Part shown: one piece after another, positions 54,797-64,000 of the stretch
Position numbering within the stretch: the first letter of the stretch is position 1
How the letters are laid out: every line of letters begins with the position of its first letter
Source of the DNA: Eledone cirrhosa
Lineage: Eukaryota
Direction of reading: 5' to 3'
Assembly (NCBI GenBank): GCA_964016885.1
Contig: OZ024742.1
Coordinates: forward strand, 226,734,001 to 226,798,000
DNA: 64,000 nucleotides
Notes under the pieces: model-generated
Told to the model about the DNA's origin: nothing
Database searches by the model: none
Seen by the model: only the letters and a program-made list of their open reading frames with translations
Position numbers and translations under genes: made by a program

Positions 54797-55027
54797 GGAT
54801 TGAGAGAGGCGAGGCTGTGTCGTTACTGATAATGAGTGTTAGAAAGTAAGGTGACACAAACAGGAGGTGGACAAAATCCCTTCATCAGTTGTCTAGTACG
54901 GATCACAGATGTTTCAGCGCAATATAGACAATACATCTATCCGTAACGCGCCCATACCATTTTCTCTACCAAAAGGCCATGACGGAAAGGAGCGATAGCG
55001 AAGAGAGAGAGAGAGGGAGAGAGAGAG

Positions 55028-55092
<65 letters not shown>

Positions 55093-55535
55093 AAAAAGGA
55101 AAAAAAGAAGGAAACATACTGATAGAAGAGGAAACACAGGATAATGGCACATGTAAGTAAGTAACCGATAAGAAATAGGACTAAGTTAAAAAAAAAAGCC
55201 GTTGGGTTTAAGCTAGTTCCAGACGAGTCTTGACTCATTCATATATAACCATGCTCTACTACCCCAAGTATCGAGTACTCTGGTGAGTAATGGTCTAACT
55301 AGTCTCTTACTGAATCCATCTTGATTTATATATATATAATTTTGTATGTGTGTATTACGTGATTCCAAATTTTTAACAAGAAAAACATTTATCTTCAAAA
55401 CTTTCAGAAATTCTAATTTTTCTCAGATATTTTCTTAAACACTGGCGCAATTTTGCAATTCTGAATCTCATTTTCGATTTTAACACTTTTATTTTAGTAT
55501 ATTATCATATGTTGCGTATATATTTTCATACATCG

Positions 55536-55927
<392 letters not shown>

Positions 55928-55930
55928 CCC

Positions 55931-55962
<32 letters not shown>

Positions 55963-56084
55963 TACATACATTATGAAGTGTCGGCGCCCGACTCTTTATA
56001 ATGTACCCACACTCTACTATCCCAAATATCGAGTACTCTGTTGAGTAATGGTCTATCCAGTTTTAAACTGATACACACACACAT

Positions 56085-56171
<87 letters not shown>

Positions 56172-56295
56172 TTTAAAATCCAAATTCAATAAACAGACCA
56201 GGATTTTTTCATTCTGAGGATTGAAAGCAACATTTTTTGCTTTTAAGAAACCACTGATAAATGGAATAATTGCCTTATGTTGTTTATTACATAAC

Positions 56296-56327
<32 letters not shown>

Positions 56328-56329
56328 TA

Positions 56330-57196
56330 TAAATAATGTGGGTAATATTAAATAATCAATATTATCCAATTACAAGTATGAGAGTAGCTCGATGTAAAAT
56401 AACAAATATAATACAGAGCCGGAATACTTTATAAATAACAATCAAAGAGCGTTTAATAACATTTAATTACTAACGATCGTTTCATCCAAGCCGCTTCATC
56501 GGAGTATAGATGAAAAGTTAGAACACAGATAACTTTGTCAAAGAACTTTCTGGGGATACCTCACATGGGAAGAAAGCAAAAATAACAGATATTAACATTG
56601 ATATAAGAGAGGAAAGCTAGAAGCACATGAAAAGCATGATCATATAAGTATGATTAAGAATCAGCAACTAGAGGCATTAAGAAAACTTAAAACAAGCTGG
56701 TATAAAGAAAAGAAAAAAGCTGCTATAAGGAATTTAAGCATAATGCAGGTTTATCATACCTTGACAATTTACATATAACATAAGCATTACAACAGTCTAT
56801 AAAAGCTAGTAGTGTATGGATTAGATATAAACTTAAATTTAAGAATGTAAAAATACATTTCTAAGGTACGTTTTTATTATATTTATAATAAAAAGTTCAG
56901 CTCCATTTTTCAGTGCTAAGTATATAGATAATCTATTATATTTCAAATATAATAATATCCGCTGGGTGTAGTCAGCAAAATAGGCGTTAAAATGCTAAAG
57001 TGATCAAACCAATCGAAATGATTAATATAGAGAGAATGACTAGCAAAGTAAGATCCAATATATAGTAGTTGGTATCATCTGCAAAAGGTGCCACATTGAT
57101 TTATACTCCGATGATTCTGGCCTTGTACTTGGATGAAACGATCGTTAGTAATTAAATGTTATTAAACACTCTTTGATTGTTGTTTATAAAGTATAT
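56330..57196. mobile_element. Non-coding element with inverted hammerhead-bearing ends (56468-56506 minus, 57104-57150 plus), tail on left
   Basis: uacu CCGAUGA .. GAAA CGAUCG UU agua in both arms. Stem-loop on minus at 56387-56419. Confidence 0.78.
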
Positions 57197-57244
57197 ATAT
57201 ATATGTATATGTGCGTGTGTGTGTGTGTGTATATACATACATAG

Positions 57245-57278
<34 letters not shown>

Positions 57279-57938
57279 GGAGTGCGCGCGCGCGTGTGTG
57301 TGTGCGTGTGCGTGTGTGCGTGTGCGTGCGCGTATGTGTGTGTGTTTGTATGTGTGTGCGAATGTGTATGTGTTGAACATCCGTTACTTCCGACGTCGTG
57401 TGTTCCAGTTCAAACACCAGAACAGGCTACTAGTGAAATTAACGTGCAAGTGTCTGAGCATTCCACAAACATATGTACTCCTAATAGTTCTCGGGAAGGC
57501 CAATCTTTTAAATTAAGAGTACATTTTTCCAGGTGAATGGACTGGAGGAAGGTGAAATAAAGTGTTTTGTTCAGGGACACACGCACACATTACCTTACGA
57601 TCGAAAGCTGAACAACCTAACTACTAAACTGGAGACGGAATATAGTAGCATGCTCAGCATATTCGTGTTTCCCTTAAATAAACATGTATTTTTTCCTCTC
57701 AAAAGTGTCCCCAATCATCAAAATACAAGTGAACGAATATTACAAACCAAGACCAACCACACAAAATGTACTTCCTCGGCTACAAAAACACTACGCTTAA
57801 CAACGAAACAACGTCCACCACAAGCAAAATTATCCACCAAAGAGTTCAAGTCTAATCAGCAAAAAATCTGAAACTCATAGTTAGGAAATAAATGAATCCA
57901 AAATTAAGACAGTCGAAAGAAAGAAAATAACGTAATTA

Positions 57939-59105
<1,167 letters not shown>

Positions 59106-60472
59106 TTCTAAACATAGATTGGCATGTTTATCCCTCCTTTCTGAAACAGTTTCATCGTATGTTCACCAATTGATGCAGAAGTCCTAATAAAAAGTGAAGT
59201 CGCCTTGGAGACGCCGACTCAATATAAGTCTGATTTTGTCTACAACCTTATGTGTGGTTTTGAATTTGAATTTGAATTTTTGATTTTTAACTTTTAATTT
59301 TCGATTCGTGATGTTTAATTTGCAACTTTGATGTTGGACTTGATGCTGGTCTTAAGGTTAGTGTTGCAGCTAATTCTAACTTTGCCTGCCGTTGCTATCT
59401 ACATGCCTACAACACAAGCCGCTGGTATATTCCACTTATGCATCCATTCCATGTACATTTCATATATACTGTTATGAAACACATTTTCTATACATTCACA
59501 ATATATTCCATGTATGTATCTATTCCATGTACATTTCATATATACTATTATGAAAAGGATATTCTACACATTCACAATATATATAACTTGTTTGTGTATG
59601 CACACACGGTCCCCTGTGTCCACCTGTCATGAAACCTGTCTCATGTGCATGGTTGATGTGCAGGCTCTTACCCAGTCCCTTGGATCGTCAGTCCCTCTGT
59701 ATCTTATATAACCCTATGCACCACAGCCCTCAAGTATTTTATGCAACTTTATGCACATCCCGATAATGTCCGGGTTGCGTGAACAGATACCCCCCTTTGC
59801 ATCTTTGTCATGTATACATCCGTTTTTCCAGTATTTTATTTTATTTTATTTTATTTTATTTTATTTTATGTACATGCATTTATATATCTAGGTGCCACCC
59901 ATGTTATCTGTGATTAGGGCATGGCTACTACGTAGCTATTACATTTATGCATATTGTGCGTGCACTTTGAGGCTTATATCGCCACATGAATGGGTTGGGT
60001 CCAAGCCTCAAGAATGTTGTCTCATATAATATTTTATGCGCCATGTGCACAGTTGCGTGTGTGTGGATCTGTAGGTATTCATCAAGTATGTGCTTTTTTT
60101 GAGATGTATAAGCATGACCATGCGTGGGTACATGTATGTATGTGTGTCCATGCACATATGCAGACATATATGTGTATACATGTCTGGATGGATGTATTTG
60201 TATGAACATGTCTGTGTAAGTGTATGCATGTGTATGTGTAGATCTTCCATTTTTTTCATCTGTATATATGTGCACCGTCTTAACTATATACGCTTTCCTG
60301 AGTACAGTGTGTGTGTAGATATGTGTATATTTATCAAAAATACCTTTGAATTAACTTTTTTGAAAGGCTATTTCAAGCATTCTTTTAAAAACGTTCTTTT
60401 TACAGGGTTTTTCTTTTTGAAATGTGTGTTTTTTTAAGGTATTTTGAGGGTGTGTTTTTTTTTAAACGTTCT

Positions 60473-61345
60473 AATAATAATAATAATAATAATGAAATTA
60501 TTGTGTACAGTGCTCAAGTGCACTACAACTCGTCAAATGTGCATGTATAGTACATAGAATAATTGTTTCTACTTTTTGGCACAAGGCCAGCAATTACCCA
60601 GTGCATTACTGGTACTTTATTTTATCGACCCCGTAAGGATGAAAGACAAAGTTAACCTCGGCGGGATTTGAACTCAGATCGTAAAGGGACGTAACTACGC
60701 TGGAAAGCATGTCTGACCCTCTACCAATACTGCCAAGAATAATATACAAATGTCAGAGAAGTGAATAGTGTATGAGTCATGATATACATGCCTGCGTGTG
60801 TATGGAGGGGAATATTAGGTGTAGTGTTGGCGAATCTCAGGAAGCATGGAGGTTTTAAAGGATGCAGTGTCTCGACAGCTAATAACTGATGCAGGTAGTT
60901 TGTTCCATGCTTCAGCAACTCTGAGCGTGAAAAAATGTTTCCGAAAGTCATGGGAGCTGTGCTGTTTTCTGACTTTGTGGGCATGCCCACGTGTGTTAGA
61001 CACATGGAAATCAAAAATGTACTCAGGGTTGTTGTTGGCAAGATGGTTAATAATTTTGTGGGTGTTTACCAAGTCAGTTGCCAGACGTCGGAGCTTCAAT
61101 GTATCCATGCCCAGGGAAGCAAGGCGTTCAGAGTATGGTTGATGCCTGGTTGCACGTCTCTGAACAGTTTCCAGGCAGTCAATGTTCTGAGCAAGATAGG
61201 GGTTCCAGACTGGTGATGCAAATTCTGAGTGTGGCCGCACCATAGCTATATACAGCTTTAAATAGATAGCTGGAGAGCGGTTGACAAAGGTCTTGCTGAG
61301 TGATGCTAAGACACCCTCGGCCTTCTTGACAATTTTAGAGACGTC
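60473..61345 (-). mobile_element. CR1/L2-type LINE 3' end interrupted by a SINE (60558-60735, TSD agaataat)
   Basis: VRPHSEFASPVWNPY..LETVQRRAT..YSERL..TRGH..FFTLRV..WNKLP. (TTA)n tail. Confidence 0.9.
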
Positions 61346-61796
61346 CTTCGTCGTTCTGTTAAATGTTTTTCCATTTTTTTAAAATTCTTTCTAAGTATTC
61401 GCTGCACATTCAATATCTACTGTGATTGTCGCATATAATACAGTTGCGGGTGTGTACGTGATCGCTGTGGGTGTATAAGTGCCCGTATGTATCACGCCTG
61501 CGCGAAACATGAACATGGGTAAGGGCGCCTACAGGTTGAGAAGGCGGCGGCAGGGCGCCAGCGGTTCAATCATACAACCCCTTACCTCCCACAGTAGTAA
61601 TTCTGATTTAAGAAACAACTTTGATTGACAGGTGGCGAATGAAAGGAACCAAATATAGGAAGGCCATGAGTGGCCAAAAATACCGATGACGTGTACAATT
61701 CTTGACCACTCATAGAATAACAAGAACAGGATCTAAGCTGCCGAGTGAGGGCCGCGGGTGTAATTGGACATTTGGAAACTCTGCTTCGTAGAATCG

Positions 61797-61893
61797 AGAC
61801 GTATCTGAGGACCTTGCGATTTCAGAGTCAGGTTCGATCATTGCATCGATCGTACCTCGAGCTGGTCGCCAGAGAAACGGTTGTAATATGTCT
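61797..61893 (+). ncRNA. Type I hammerhead ribozyme with ~60-nt stem II
   Basis: agacguau CUGAGGA ... GAAA CGGUUG UA auaugucu. Stem-loop at 61943-61967; (TA)n at ~62015. Confidence 0.85.
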
Positions 61894-62233
61894 AATAAAT
61901 TTTATTCGTCGCAACACTGATTCTCCGTTTCTTATGTGATATACTCTGCTCTGTAAGAGCATCGAGTGCTCAAAAGGCCTACCGCTTACGGACGCTTTAA
62001 GCATCCCACACCAATTATATATATATATACAAACAAACCGAGCATTATAATAAATGTTCAGTAAACCGATACGTGCATATATATATGTGTGCATGTGTGT
62101 ATATATATACATACTACTGTACGTCGGTATACATATATGTATGTACGTATACATACATGCATACTTACATTTAGGTAAGTGCCGTGAAATTTCGTTTCAT
62201 TCTATTCCATATATATATATATATATATATATA

Positions 62234-62395
62234 TGAAAAAAGAAAAAGAATGACTTCACTTATAGTTCTAAACAATTTGATTTAATTTTATAATATTATA
62301 ATATTATAAAATTAAATCAAATAGTTTAGAACTACAAGTGAGGTCATTCTTTTCCCTTTTTCAAATATACCTATATCGAGGATTTCACACATTTA
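62234..62395. repeat. AT-rich palindrome 62234-62363 + short tail between (TA)n tracts
   Basis: Centre at 62298/62299. Confidence 0.8.
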
Positions 62396-62471
62396 TATAT
62401 ATAGTGTAAGTAGTACGATGAAATAATGATGTTGGTGCCAAATCATATAGACGAAACTTACTTGTTTTTTC

Positions 62472-63354
<883 letters not shown>

Positions 63355-63409
63355 GCTCTGATACCATCAACACTATAAACACAGAGCTGGCATATCTAAG
63401 AACTGACTA

Positions 63410-63465
63410 ACTGCCTGATGAGGTCATAGCCATTCAATGGCTATCATCGAAATATATATAGCAGT
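63410..63465 (+). ncRNA. Type I hammerhead ribozyme, same family as 31932
   Basis: acugc CUGAUGA gg uc auagcca uucaa uggcuau ca uc GAAA UAUAUA UA gcagu. C-G to U-A covariation in stem II. Confidence 0.9.
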
Positions 63466-63507
63466 AAATAAAGGATTATGAGTTCATGCAATTGACTTAT
63501 GTTTCGT

Positions 63508-63550
<43 letters not shown>

Positions 63551-64000
63551 GTGTATTGAGTTCAAATCTCAAGCATTCCTTTACAATGAAAATAGCTCAA
63601 AGAAAAGAATATTTCTGCGCCGTGTAATAAATATAAATTAATATAAATTAATATATATGATGAAACACAAATACCAACATATCTGTGTTTATATTGCAAA
63701 AGGAATTAAGTTAGCTAGAATGAAATATACTAATTATAATATTACAGCCTGCCTATATCGATTCAAAATAATAAATCAACACAAACAAACAGTATTGGCA
63801 AATGGCCATGGTGTTTAGACAAATTTAAATTTCAAAATCAAACCTGTTCCGTAGATAAGTTTAAACTTTAAAATCCAAATATGTTTCGAGATAAATAAGT
63901 GTAAGGATATCTTGTCCAGCTCTCTTTAGTAAACACCCAGAACAAATTGATATGCTTCACTTCATTACACGGCTCAGAAATATTCTTTTCTTTGAGCTAT

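Overview
Repeat-saturated, AT-rich animal genomic DNA. It is probably octopus or another coleoid cephalopod, inferred from the SINE families and the (TA)n/(CA)n/(GA)n density. I found no host protein-coding exon; most ORF-track entries are microsatellite artefacts. Real coding remnants are all transposon-derived: Penelope-like elements (PLEs: a near-intact Naiad-type RT+GIY-YIG, Neptune- and Poseidon-like fragments), RTE and CR1 LINEs, Helitron Rep/helicase and Tc1/mariner. There are also many tRNA-derived SINEs and a hAT-type MITE. The most striking hidden structure is a recurrent non-coding RNA module carried by about 10 families with otherwise dissimilar sequences. It consists of a type I hammerhead ribozyme (about 20 motifs read by eye, several with palindromic stem III or family-fixed core variants), followed by a conserved bulged stem-loop (RCUC-stem-loop-stem-2nt bulge-GAGY, about 18 copies, with covariation), then a short tail ending in a microsatellite. 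These modules usually sit as asymmetric fold-back insertions in which one arm stops a few nt before the stem-loop at a microhomology with the target microsatellite. All folds and alignments were done by eye; none was computed.
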